Below are positions 41,682 to 54,398 of a stretch of DNA of 64,000 bases, piece by piece. The position numbers were made by a program, and so were the translations under genes. Positions within the stretch are counted from its first letter, which is position 1. Every line of letters starts with the position of its first letter. The notes beneath the pieces are model-generated. The model was not told the DNA's origin. It searched no databases and saw nothing but the letters and a program-made list of their open reading frames with translations. The DNA comes from Chrysomallon squamiferum (Eukaryota; Animalia; Mollusca), in NCBI GenBank assembly GCA_012295275.1, contig CM022669.1:3286001-3350000 (forward strand), written 5' to 3'.

Positions 41682-43173
41682 TATTATTATTATTATTATT
41701 TTATTATTATTATTATTATTAACTTCTGCTGCTGTTGTTTATAATAATGGTTATAATGACGACGATAACAATGATATAAAAACGTATCTTTAATAAAAAT
41801 TGCTGTTAAAATATATTTATCTATCCATTCGTTCGTCCATTTACCAAGGTTTTCATTAAATTTGTATGCTTAATTTTTTTTTTTCAAAATCCTTTGTTAA
41901 TATTTCTGTGCATGGTTTGGGTTCGCCCTAAGCGAGATCGAAAAACAAAAATTAACTATTTCCTGGAGAAAATTTTATCTTCTTCAGTACAAAGTATTAA
42001 TCGTCCAATTCATTCAACTGTCTACGAAATAAAACCGGCTGTGAGATCCTATTTCCTTTTTATAATTATACAGCGCCATGAATTTCGTTGTTTGAAGGCA
42101 TTTGATTGACAGCGACGTTAATTACGTGTTTGGATAGAAACGTCAATAGTTCTTAACCGTTTTTTATCTGGGCCAAAATGCCGTGACAATTGCCTTAGCG
42201 AAATTGCGATGGCACAGGTAAACATACTTTTCCACAATTGCTCTTTGAAACACCTTTGAGTGTGTGTGTGTGAGCAGTAGCATTTGTTGCTGGGTTTTTT
42301 TTTTTTGTAAGGGGAAACATGCTGCACTTATTTCACTCAAAATTGAATCTGATTCAACGTTTTCCGATTCTCAAATCGGAAGTCAGGTTTGAATTCTGCG
42401 CACGTGCTGGCAAATATACGCTAGCGGTGAAAGGAAGACGAAATGATCAATGAGACACATTCTGTGTCTATCAGTCATCATTAAATCTACCTCACCTGTT
42501 TGTCATATCAATACGTTCTGGTAATTGTTTTGTACACTGGGTAGATCACCGTTGTCACGATCAAAAAGACTGAAAAGAATCGTAGGAAGATGAAGAAATG
42601 AGCGCGGATCAATACACGGGCGTAGATCAATTCCTAACGGAACTATGACCGTGTCACTCTTTACAAAAGAATTGTCTTGCGCAGACAAAACCTCCAAAAA
42701 TCTACTTCTGTGTGACTGTGCTACCTGTTTTTGTTAATTAACATTCAAGGAGATTGTCAACAGTTAGTCCTGCGCCGTTTTCCGCTTCCAATCGATTCAC
42801 CTATCATGTCCCAGTGAAGCAAGTCTTTTTTCCCTTTGTTTCCCAAGCTCTGATTTTTTCTCTCCTGCACAGTGTAGGTAATGTTTGATCACTGGCAGTA
42901 AGCAGGGAGTATGTGAAATCGGTTCGGTCCACGTGGGATTTCATTCGAGCAAACATTTACCTTAGACAATTAGAGACCACGTGTTATTTACCTGACACGT
43001 GCTATCTGATGGCTGACAGAAACTCAATATTTACCGCAGCGGATGACGCAGACAATGGAACAGTGCGGCCAACAGCGAGAATCTACCCGCATTTCACGAC
43101 GCGTACAACATGCGAAGTATTACCTGCACTAGTTAACAAAGAACATATTACATACAACACCTTATATGTGTGT

Positions 43174-43216
<43 letters not shown>

Positions 43217-43465
43217 TAAATATCACATTAATTATAAATAAAATTTCATCTATAAAATTTTAATATAACACTACCATGTGAACTATTTTCAAAGTTAACG
43301 TACCTTATATTTCTCGTGCAAAATTTTAAATGACTAAGTCCAAAACGTTATTATTATTATTATTTTTATTTTTGATAGAAAAGTTTTCTTGCCTACAGTT
43401 ATTTTTATTTTATTTACATGTTCACCCAGTAGCATTATCAACAACAACAGCTGAAATAATAATAA

Positions 43466-43513
<48 letters not shown>

Positions 43514-44746
43514 GAACAAAACATTATTAAAGTATGTCACTGTTATACCATTACAACTACGACCATTACTATTACAACTACCACTACTGCTACTACTACT
43601 AATAATAAAAATGATAATAACAATAAGAAGAAGAAGAAGGAAAAGAGAAAGAAAGAAAGGAAACAAAAAAAAAAAAGAAAGAAAGACCAAATAATCCAAG
43701 TAAAAACCATTGTCTATATTGTGGAAGGATTCAGAATTTCTTTACGAATATAATTTCCAAGATGGAATGATTCACACAAGAATGTAATATAAACAGTGAT
43801 ATATGACATCAACGTATTTCAAACGGGATATAAGCGTGTTGGGACACTTACGTCGTGAACATACCATAACAAACGCATCGATTGATTTGCATATTCATCA
43901 ATTCAAAGCAATTACAACTAACTGCCTCGACTGTTTTCATGGGCAGATATTTCAGAACATTTCAAAACCAGTTTTCAGCAATGTTTCGTTTCAAATCACA
44001 AGAATTTCGCTATCAAAACACTGCTGCGGTCTCCGACCAACTTCCAGACATTTTTGGCCAACTAGTTCCTGGATGATATTACGCCACCATGTTTAAAAAG
44101 ATTATACAGTAACTGCATGACTGTGTATCCGGTCGGAGAAAAAAGAAGAAAAAAAAAGGCAGAAAGCGGAACGGTTAACATTGTTCGGTGTAGTGGTTTC
44201 GCAAACACTCCCGTAAGCTTCAAAATATTATTGTGACCATGGCACCTGTGTATTAACAAGGGATTACCGCCCTGCCTGGCGGGGCCCGTCTAGACAATGC
44301 ACTCAGCGTAACGCGCAGAGCTTACGTCACGTCAGACTATCAGTCGATGGTGAAGGACCGACTGTTTACCAGTACTTGCGTCGTAGATCCCGAGATAATA
44401 GTTTTTTTTTTTTTATTTTTTTTATTTCTGGTTATTTTGAAGGCATTGTTGTTGTTTCTTTTTTCTCTTTCTTTCTTTCTTTTTTTTTTTCTTTTTCTTG
44501 ATATTCTATAAAGATATTTTTAGTGAATCTATTTTAGGTTTAAATTGTTATATTCCACTGCCAAATTTCCAACAATCATATAGACACACAGACGGACGCA
44601 CACTTTTACCAGAAACCCAAATGTGGACACATTTTAACTGCTATTTTATATATTTTTAATAAATTATTTTAATAAAAAAATATTAATAAAGTAATAATCA
44701 AACCAGAGAAAGGAGTTGACAATAAAAGTGATCATACTACTACTAT

Positions 44747-44799
<53 letters not shown>

Positions 44800-45755
44800 A
44801 TAATAATAATAATGGCTACAGTAGATGGAGAAACCGATCTCTTTGGAATTCCTTGGTTTACAAAGGTTCATGCATACATAAGACAGGAATGTGAAGTCAC
44901 AAATTCCTCAGATACTATTTCTGTACACAAACGAAACGTCAGTTCAGACGTCTGTGAATATTGTAAAACGTTCATTTAATTTTAATGTGTACGTGGATAC
45001 ATCTGAATGTTAAATACAACTGGAATGGGTAATGAGAAAGCGGATACTGTAATGAAGTCTCGATGTCTGTTCACCCGGTGTACGTGCTCGTCGAGGGATA
45101 TCTTTTTTTTTTTTTTTTGAACATGTTTGTGCAAATGATGTTTTATGGCACACTGTGAAAATTTTTCCTTCTTTTTTTCCTAAAAATTGATAATGATTAT
45201 TATGATGATAATAAATAAAATTGTAAGTAAGTAAGTAAGTAAGTAAGTAAATAAATAAATCAATCAAAGAGAGTATTTTAAATTTACTTAGATTAGTTCC
45301 TATTTATTTGTAATAATTCAATGAAATTTATATGCCATAGCTGGGCATTTTGATTTTAAATTTAAATTTTATTTATATGATATAACATAGGCTATGTTTT
45401 TTTTCAGAATGAAAATGAAATATATTAGATACTGATTGAAAGTATGTTCTTCCCTCACAGGTTAAAGTCACAAATACATCTATATATTATTAGCATTTTA
45501 AATTAAGTTACATTTATAACTAGGCATTTTTATTTAAGATTTATAATGACATTTATTTAGATTAATTATCCTTTATCATAAATCATTGGGGACAGATTTA
45601 TAAAAAGACAACAGAAATTTGTTTTAATCTCAAAAATCATCGGCAATTCGCAAGATATGTATTAACAACATTACATTATTTTAGTTTATTTATATTTGTA
45701 TAATCTTCGAACAGTTGAATTACTAATAATTTGAAATGAATAGATAATTGTAAAA

Positions 45756-45759
<4 letters not shown>

Positions 45760-45831
<72 letters not shown>
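45760..45831. repeat. (AG)n microsatellite
   Basis: Perfect AG run. Confidence 0.98.
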
Positions 45832-45834
<3 letters not shown>

Positions 45835-46916
45835 AATTATATCTAGTGTATAAAACAGGATATTTCACAGATGTACAAGTTTACCTACATCTAAAGTTTC
45901 ACCTGTGGTTGTAACTTCGATGAAACACTGATACATTGTTACGACGTGTTACTCGGTAAATTAGTTTTATAGTACTAGTGACCCAGTAACGACACACTTT
46001 CGGGTTATACCAGCCATGTTTGTCTCTGTGGATTGCTGTTGTAATCGTGGTTTCTAGATTTCTGTATTTTAAAAACGTCAGTATAGTATTTTATTTAGTT
46101 CTATATTATATATATGCGATTTTAGGACGCATTATGTTCATTAATAAGTTATTGTTTTATTAAATAGTTGAGATCAATGTTTTCTGATAATAAAACGTGT
46201 CAGTAACATAACCACACGCTAATTATGAAAAATATTTTAGTACGTATGTATGTATGTATGGATGGATGGACGAATATTTATTTGTATATGTATTTATAAA
46301 AGCAGTATCTATCTGTCTGTCTATCTGTGTATCTGGTTATGTTGTAGCTGAAAAGTATTATTAACTTGAATAAAACAAGGAAACAGTGACAGAACGTCTG
46401 TACTTGTATGTTCCTGTAACTGGCAAAATAACTGTTTTCAGTTGCGCTAAAAACAAATGATTTTGTTTTGATTTTTTAGAAAATGAATACGAGGCCACTT
46501 TACAGAGTTTTTTCGCCAGTGTCCTGTGTAAAATGCTCCTCGTGATGTGCACCGGGCTGCTGGATCGATACGCCCAGCAGGCAGCTTCGCGTCTCTTCTA
46601 CTTCGCACGACTGGAACTGTTTTTCAGTTTATATCTAAAGCTGCAGCGTATTTTATATTGGAAATATAAAATATTCTCTGTCAGTGGGGGTTTTGTAATA
46701 GTGATACGAACAGAAATACCGTTAACTGACATCTGCTATTTATTATATTTAACCCTTTTTTATTTTTTATTTTATTTTAATTTAGTTTATTATTATTCCC
46801 ATATTTTTTTCCAATTTTTTTTTGTTTTGTTTTGTTTGACAAACATGATCTTTAAAGACGGTTAAGATAAAATAGAAAATAACAAAACACGAAGTAAAAT
46901 CAATATTTGTACGCAT

Positions 46917-46922
46917 TTTATT
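46917..46922 (-). terminator. Candidate polyadenylation signal of Islet (3'UTR about 1.6 kb)
   Basis: Minus-strand AATAAA followed by a GU/U-rich element (ttttacttcgtgttttgttattttctatttt). A more proximal AATAAA lies at 47897-47902. Confidence 0.45.
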
Positions 46923-47183
46923 GCATAATTTAAATAATTTGTTCGAGAGAAAAAAAAAAAGCCATTGTAAGAGGGCAACATTAATTTGATATGCATGTAC
47001 AGAGTGTGTGAGAAATTAACTTTTGTGGTGTGACGATGATAGCCTGGGTTGTCCTGATGGTACCAAGCTTTAAATAGAATTATTTGAATGTCCCGTATGC
47101 TTATCAGACTCGTCAGAATATCAGGCTAGAATGCAACATGGCACGCACAACATAGAACAGCTACAGAAAAAGAGAACCGCTAA

Positions 47184-47236
<53 letters not shown>

Positions 47237-48430
47237 AAAAATAATGGTTAAAAAGATACAATAAAACAAAGAGGCTACTCTGTGAACAAAACTCAATCAC
47301 AGACGTGTTGTCGCAGTTGAACACGATCTCGTGAAACTAGGTGACGACGCAAAATGGCGACGAGAAATGATAAAACTCTCATACTGTTAAAAATTGATGA
47401 CAAAAAAAAAAAAAAATAGAGTCGCTTAGAAACATATTTCATATTTACACGATAAATAACTACAACAAACTGACACTGGCACAAATTTCTGCACGCACAG
47501 AACACAAAACAATGTCTTATATATGACGTCACAGTGTTTTTCTCTATAAATAACCGCCAGTGAAATGCCTCCTTTGATTCACCAGCCGATCGATAGTCTC
47601 TCAGAATTATTAACTTCTGAAAGTTCCAGTTGTAATGGAATAAGAGATCCAAGTTCCTTTTCCCCGGCGAGGAAAACAAAGATCTTGTTTCGAGGTAACA
47701 CGTTGATTTGAGTGTTTCAAATGAAATATGTGTAATTAACGTTCACAACCCAGACTGAGTGTGTGCAGACGAGTTCACAGCGAGTGTCTGTTCGTCTGCT
47801 CTTGCACATTTCGCAAACTGTCGTGTTTTTTTTTTAAATGTCTGTAATTCCAATACACAAACGTCGAACTGAAGTAAGGCGGCGTGTGAACCTCATTTTA
47901 TTTTCTTCTTCTTCTTTTTTCTCAGCCGACCGACATGTTTTCCGATAAACTGTAATTCATTTCATCTTGAAAGGTATACACCACCATGCTTGTGCTCCTC
48001 CTTTTTGAAGCATCGGTTCCGCCCCGATGTGCACCAGAAAAACCCGGATATTATTATCATTTGAGCATTTTCACTGAAAGCACACAATAAGTTATTATTT
48101 CAAAAAAAAAAAAAAAACCATTTTGTTATTTTTTTTTTTTTTTATGGAGATCCAGAAGACCACAGACTAACAGTTCAGTATAATTACAGGATACAAAATT
48201 AAGATCGCTGCCAGTGAAATTTCCCTCTAAACAGTTTAAAACTGAATCAGTAGAACCGTCGTCTGCCTTTTCAAATTTCCCGCCAAACAGTCAAAAACTG
48301 ACATCGTCTGCGTGTCAAAATATCGCTTCAACCAGACTTGAAAATAGGGATATTGTCTGAGGATAAAAAAAAAAAAGAAATGAAATCTGTACGAACACAG
48401 TCCTCTGGTAGAAAAACTTGAACAATATCA

Positions 48431-48508
48431 GGACACTGGTTGGCGCCAACTGAAGGAATATCGTCTGCTGGACAAGTTTTGGCGCCAGCCGGAGGATTAT
48501 CGTCTGTT
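48431..48508. repeat. Imperfect 39-bp tandem duplication in the proximal Islet 3'UTR
   Basis: ggacactggttggcgccaactgaaggaatatcgtctgct vs ggacaagttttggcgccagccggaggattatcgtctgtt, 30/39 identical without gaps. Confidence 0.85.
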
Positions 48509-48532
48509 AGAGATCTGCGCTGTGGCGCTTCG

Positions 48533-48697
48533 TCACTGACTGAGTGGACTAGATAATTCAGAGGGCGTCCTCGGGAAGTCGGAACTCACTGAGCTTGGCA
48601 TGTCGTCGTGGTTGAGGTAAGACACGTGAAGCAGTGGGTCGCTCTCGGGGGAGTGGTTCGCGGCGCAGTTTGGATCCATGTGCTCGAAAGTATTCAT
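48533..48697 (-). CDS. Isl: Islet terminal coding exon (MNTFEHMDPNCAANHSPESDPLLHVSYLNHDDMPSSVSSDFPRTPSELSSPLSQ*)
   Basis: Acceptor gttctttcag at 48699-48698, phase 0, compatible with the donor after FQQL. 54 open codons, then TGA. The S/P-rich tail SSDFPRTPSELSSP resembles the vertebrate Isl1 ending SSQLPDTPNSMVASP. Confidence 0.8.
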   Translation of the reverse strand: MNTFEHMDPNCAANHSPESDPLLHVSYLNHDDMPSSVSSDFPRTPSELSSPLSQ

Positions 48698-48898
48698 CTG
48701 AAAGAACGGTGAAACAATACAGAATTAAATAAAGTGTTCAGGATAAACAGGCTGCACCGTTATATATAAACACACAGATACATACACAAAATCACACCCA
48801 CACACATCATGCCATACCTACAGACACTAAACTGATATGTAGACATACATAATTATATAGTATAAACACACACACACACACCACTACAAACACACACA

Positions 48899-48951
<53 letters not shown>

Positions 48952-49232
48952 GTGCCAGACTCCAAACATTTCATTTGAAACTGTGAAAGTTAACTGACAG
49001 AATCCAAGGTTCACACAAGCAAGTCATCAGAAGCTGCTCATTGAGTTACAACTCATTTAATTTGTTTTTTATTGCAAAGTGAAAAAGAAGAAGAAGAAAA
49101 AGACATAATAATAGAAAAGAATTTGACATGAGCAGTTAATGGGTTTAGGTTTTCAGTGATGCGTGTCAGGTTTGTGTGTTTGTTGACACGTATTGCTGAT
49201 CAGTACACGCATTTTAATTTTAAAAACTGTAA

Positions 49233-49290
<58 letters not shown>

Positions 49291-49506
49291 GTAATAGTAA
49301 TAGTAATAGTAATAGTAATAGTAATAATAATATTAGTAGTAGTAGTAGTAATAAATAAATAAATGAATAAATACGCCTTGATTGCTGCGACGATATTATT
49401 TACTTATTTATTATTTATTTAAATTAATTTAATTCAATTTAATTTATTGAACCACATCTAATTTTCGATAAACTTCAGCTGAGGACAGTTTGTGAATTCA
49501 TGTGTG

Positions 49507-49535
49507 CAGGGGCGGATCTAGGATATCAGAAAGGA
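49507..49535. mobile_element. Isolated MITE-like terminus CAGGGGCGGATCTAGG
   Basis: Similar to 4593. This terminus type is common in non-autonomous elements of marine invertebrates. No matching other end was found. Confidence 0.35.
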
Positions 49536-50098
49536 TTGTGAAACTCGTTATTGTAGTAGCTATAAAGCTAAGATGTCCAAGCAAATGTTTCAGGGTACTG
49601 GCACTGACTCCTTCAGATTAAAACAAATTCCAAATAAAGGCACCAGGCAAGCTTGTTACAGGGACTTAGGGATTTTATAGACAAAATACAGAAACTTCTG
49701 TTTCGTCTGAAATAACTCACAAACCCATATGCGCACGTGCGTATTCACACGCATTTCGACCTAGTAATCTCGATTTCGTTTTAGAAATGTACATGCCTTC
49801 GGCTTTAGGTTGATTTTTATTTTTTTTATTTTTTTTATGTTCTTATCAGTCCAGGATGTAGATAATAGATTTTGCAGTACTGACATCTGTATGTATAACA
49901 GTTAATAATGTATAAGTGAGAAAACGAAGCAGCATCAAACAAACGTAATGGCGACATATGTAGCAAATATCTGATAGTGATATCACCAAAAAATCACGAA
50001 ACGGTAACATATACGTAGACAGTACGAAAACAATATAGAAATACTACATAATACAGTTTATATTAATATGTATTTTCCAAATACAGTTTCGTTCTTTC

Positions 50099-50203
<105 letters not shown>

Positions 50204-52220
50204 TTATTATTATCAATTTAAGCATGAAATCCAGAAATAACTGTTCTGGTGATTCTATTATTTTGATGAGTTGTGAAAATATAAAACATAAAATAAAATA
50301 AAATAAATTTATATTTGAAAGATTACTGATTATTAACAGTTATCAAAGATACTTTGAAAACAGTGGAGGAGATATGGATTTTGTTACATTATAAATTTAC
50401 TGATTGCTGATTAGAGCGTGTAGCTGAATAATTCGTAAACTGCTGGTTAGAAGATGAAAAACAAATCACCTCGCAAACACCTGTCAGAATGCAAGAAACT
50501 AAATTTCGTGTACTGCTAGCAATTCAAACAGACGTCACGGAAAACACTTAATATATCGCGTAAAATGAAGTAAATCACGAATCGCTAATTAGAATCTAAA
50601 AACCGGTCTATTCAGGAATCATTGTTTATGAGGTGGGGACCGGATAGCTCAACAAACGCTGTTTATTACGTGAAAATCGGACATTTCAAGAAACACTGGC
50701 TGCATTCGTGAAAACCAGACAACTCAAGAAATGTTGTTTAAATGGAGAAAACCGAACAGCCCCAAAAAACGCTGTGTTAACTCGCGAAAGGTAAACAGTC
50801 ACTTGAGCCAAATTTAAAAGTATTAAATACTAGTTAACTGTTGTCTGAAACAGTAATAAAGGAACGTTTAAAACTGATATTTAAAACACAAGTGTATCGC
50901 GTTACAGAGAACGCACATACCGTCTCGCGCTATCATTGCACTCGACGTGAAGCACACTGGCGACAGACAGACAGACAGAAGACGGGTGATGGTGACGTGA
51001 CATAACGAGCTAAACCTAGCGACACGGGCCGAATTCCGGCGGATCGCGGTTACGGAGGCGGCGCTAAGAATGTGAAGGTTTGCAGTCACTCTTATCTGTA
51101 GTGTGTGTTTGATGTTCATTAAATATCATATGTCCGCCTTCTATAATCAATCTTAAAGCTATATATTTTACTATATCAAAGTCATAGACTTTCAACGTAA
51201 GGCCAACTCGAAATGTAGATTTGTTGAGTTAAAAACTAAACTGGTGCCGATACTAAGAGTAATATTTACTTAAAGCTGTTTTGCATACTTACTGAAGAAA
51301 ATATCGGAATAAACAATGCTATATCTATATATAATATATAAAATATATATATATATAACAAATATAATTATGCATAATCATATATACATATATACATACA
51401 GGTATATACACTAAAAACACATACATACAAGACGAACACAAACATTCACGCACGCACACACACCGTTACGACCATACACACATATATTTAAATAAAGGTA
51501 AATAAATATTACAAAAGAAAAAGTATGACAGTGGCTGAAGACAGACAGAAATATACAGAATACATGATAATCGGAGTCAAAGAGAAATTTTAAATTTAAA
51601 AGACAACAAAATATACAAACATGACAACATCAATGGAAGCTTACACGAGTACAAAACCGTCACTGGCAGTTTGAAGCAGAAATAAAAACAAAGCAAACCA
51701 ACAAAAGATGCACTGTTTGTAAATCTACGAGGACACGGGTTATCACAGATACTGGGTCGTGAGGACAGGCAGACGTGCTTTAATAACATTTAAATTTCAT
51801 TAATTTTACCTTTTAAAAAATATCTTTACTTGACTTGAAATAAACAGCCCAAATCTCTTTTCTTTTTTATTTCATTAATTTTCAGTTTTCTTTATTAAAT
51901 TTTTTTTTTTTTTTTTTTAAATTTTATTTATATTCCTTTTTTATTTTTATTTTATATGAATTTGTTTTTATTTTATTTATTTATTATTTTTTTTTTCTTA
52001 ATTAATAATTAATTTTTTTTCTCTCTTGTGATTAGATGTTTGAAATTGAACAAAAATTAAAACAAGAGGTGCAGAAATAAATAATAATAATAATAAAAAA
52101 TTTAGGAAAATTAAATCATAAAATTAAAACAATGGTCCTTAATGCTTAGCGAAAAAAAAAAAAAAAAAAAAAAAAAAATAAGCGATAAATTATAACCCAA
52201 CCCGATGAAGGATGGGAATC

Positions 52221-52297
52221 ATCGGAACACTTCGGCAATGTCCGTACCTTTCAAACGAATCAGTTACGAGTGACGGAACTTGCCGAGGTGTTCCGAT
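52221..52297. other. 77-nt inverted repeat / RNA hairpin in the last Islet intron
   Basis: atcggaacacttcggcaa (52221-52238) pairs with ttgccgaggtgttccgat (52280-52297) at 17/18. Then a 2x2 internal loop, a 5-bp tccgt/acgga stem and a 27-nt loop. Confidence 0.85.
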
Positions 52298-52449
52298 CGA
52301 AGTGAAGGCTTTGTCTAACAGAAGCAACCCATGTTTACCCTCAGCATGGTGGGTGTGACGAGGTAAAGGCTGACGAATATTAGCTAGCCCTGGTCCTCGA
52401 GATATACAACCGTGTCATCCTCATCTGGAGGGGCCAAAAAGCTGCTCAC

Positions 52450-52638
52450 CAGTTGTTGAAACGGAGGGTGAGTATTATCTAACTCGCCGTTCATGGCGAA
52501 CTCGCTGAGCGCTTTCCACGGCGTGTGGTAACTGTGCACTTCTACCGGACTGGCCTGGATTCCCGGGCCCTCGTGACGAACCGGAGATGACGCAACCATT
52601 GGGACTCCCTGCAGAGGGCGCTGTAAGCCGTTTCCGTT
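52450..52638 (-). CDS. Isl: Islet exon encoding the Lhx3/LIM-binding domain ([63 protein letters not shown])
   Basis: Long pyrimidine tract and ttctag acceptor at 52640-52639; donor CTG|GTGAGC at 52449. Islet-specific motifs [25 protein letters not shown] and FQQL; phase 0/0 as in vertebrate Isl1. Confidence 0.94.
52608..52623 (+). promoter_or_regulatory. CTCF-like motif CCTGCAGAGGGCGCTG inside Islet coding sequence
   Basis: Best match to the CTCF consensus seen in the window; overlaps the codons for QRPLQ(G). Confidence 0.45.
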
Positions 52639-53088
52639 CTAGAAAGAAGGAAAAGAAGAAAAAAATATTTTTAAAAGAAAACAGCATAAAAATGTTATCT
52701 GTATGAGTTCCGCTTTGATATTCTGCTGAAAGTAAGTGCAGAAAATAATAAGCTTGATAGTAAATATTTCCTAAGCAAATAAAACACTATAATAACTATT
52801 GAAATTAACTGCTGAAAAAGAAAATTTAATTGTATAATTGCTAAAACAAATTATTATATTGTCCATAAAGAAATGTTTTTCTTTTGTAATTCATACACCT
52901 ATGTATGTATATGTATGTATGTATGTATGTATGTATATATGTATGTGTATATGTATGTGTATATGTAGTATGTAATATGTATGTATGTATGTACGAATGT
53001 ACGTATGCATGCATGTATGTGTATATGAACAGATGGATTGATGGATGAACGCATTGTATATATAAATAAATGTATGTGTGTGTGTGTT

Positions 53089-53123
<35 letters not shown>

Positions 53124-53152
53124 GTTGTGTGTGTTAATATATGATATCGTGT

Positions 53153-53186
<34 letters not shown>

Positions 53187-54000
53187 TGTGTGTGTTAATA
53201 TATGATATCGAACTATTGCATGAATTACTCATTTTCCATACTTGGCTAATTGCAGCTCGCTGTATTCTTTATTAGTTTATTATGCTAAGCTTACAGTGAT
53301 ATATAATGTGAATCTGAATGAAATCAATATTTTTTTGTTGTTTCAAATGTTCTATTGTACTCCTGTTTTATTGTCAGCCTATTTAGACTAATAATACACT
53401 TTCCTTTCTCTGTGTTTTCATTATTTTGAAATCCGTATTTTTCTTTTTTTGTTTCAGTTAAAATAGCCATCATCAACGTCATTATTATTATTATTATTGT
53501 TGTTGTTGTTATTATTATTATTAGTGTTAGTGTTGTTGTTTTTATTATAATTAGTTGTATTGTTATTAGTTTATTATTATTATTATTACTACTACTACTA
53601 CTACTACTACTATTATTATTATTATTATTAGTGTTGTTGTCTTTATTATTATTATTATTTTATTATTATTATTATATCATTACTATTATTATTATTATTA
53701 TTAGAATTATTATCATAACTACGATTACTGTTAATATTTATTTTACTATTTATGTGTTTATTTATTTATTTGTATTTTTCACTTTCTGAGGTGCCTAGTT
53801 TTTATCGTGATTTATAAAAGATTGATTACCTTTACTCTTCTGCATGACAAATGTTTGTATTATTCATTGCCACAAACTACTTTGGTGGGTACTTCAGTTT
53901 TTAAAATATGTGTTTTTAAAAATATGGTGAAAAAAGATAGAGGAAAAAAGGCAATAATAAAATGAACAAATTTATTGAAAGACGGGAACTAACAAGATTA

Positions 54001-54062
<62 letters not shown>

Positions 54063-54187
54063 TATTTTTATATTATTACCATTATTATTACTATTACTAT
54101 TATTATTATTATTACTCTTATTATTATTATTACTATTACTATTATTATTATTATTATTATTATTACTATTATTATTACTACTACTAC

Positions 54188-54220
<33 letters not shown>

Positions 54221-54351
54221 TGTTGTTGTTTTATTGTTATCGCTGTTATGTGTTGTATTTTTAATAACTTTTAAAATGGAGGTTTAATAAGAATTCATAC
54301 AATGAGGAACTTTGTAATCAGAATTATGCTAATTAAATAATAATAATAATA

Positions 54352-54398
<47 letters not shown>

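Noticed and set aside
42490-42730. Possible minus-strand exon ending in CAG|GTGAGG
   Set aside because: The listed ORF stops just before the donor and there is no convincing pyrimidine-rich acceptor. A lncRNA exon cannot be excluded.
50634-50655. tRNA-like 5' sequence GGGACCGGATAGCTCA (also 1938-2000 and 12483-12537)
   Set aside because: No intact cloverleaf or properly spaced A/B boxes; at most decayed SINE fragments.
53080-53211. Duplicated (TG)n-ttgtgtgtgttaatatatgatatcg unit
   Set aside because: Simple slippage duplication or assembly artefact; no functional signal.
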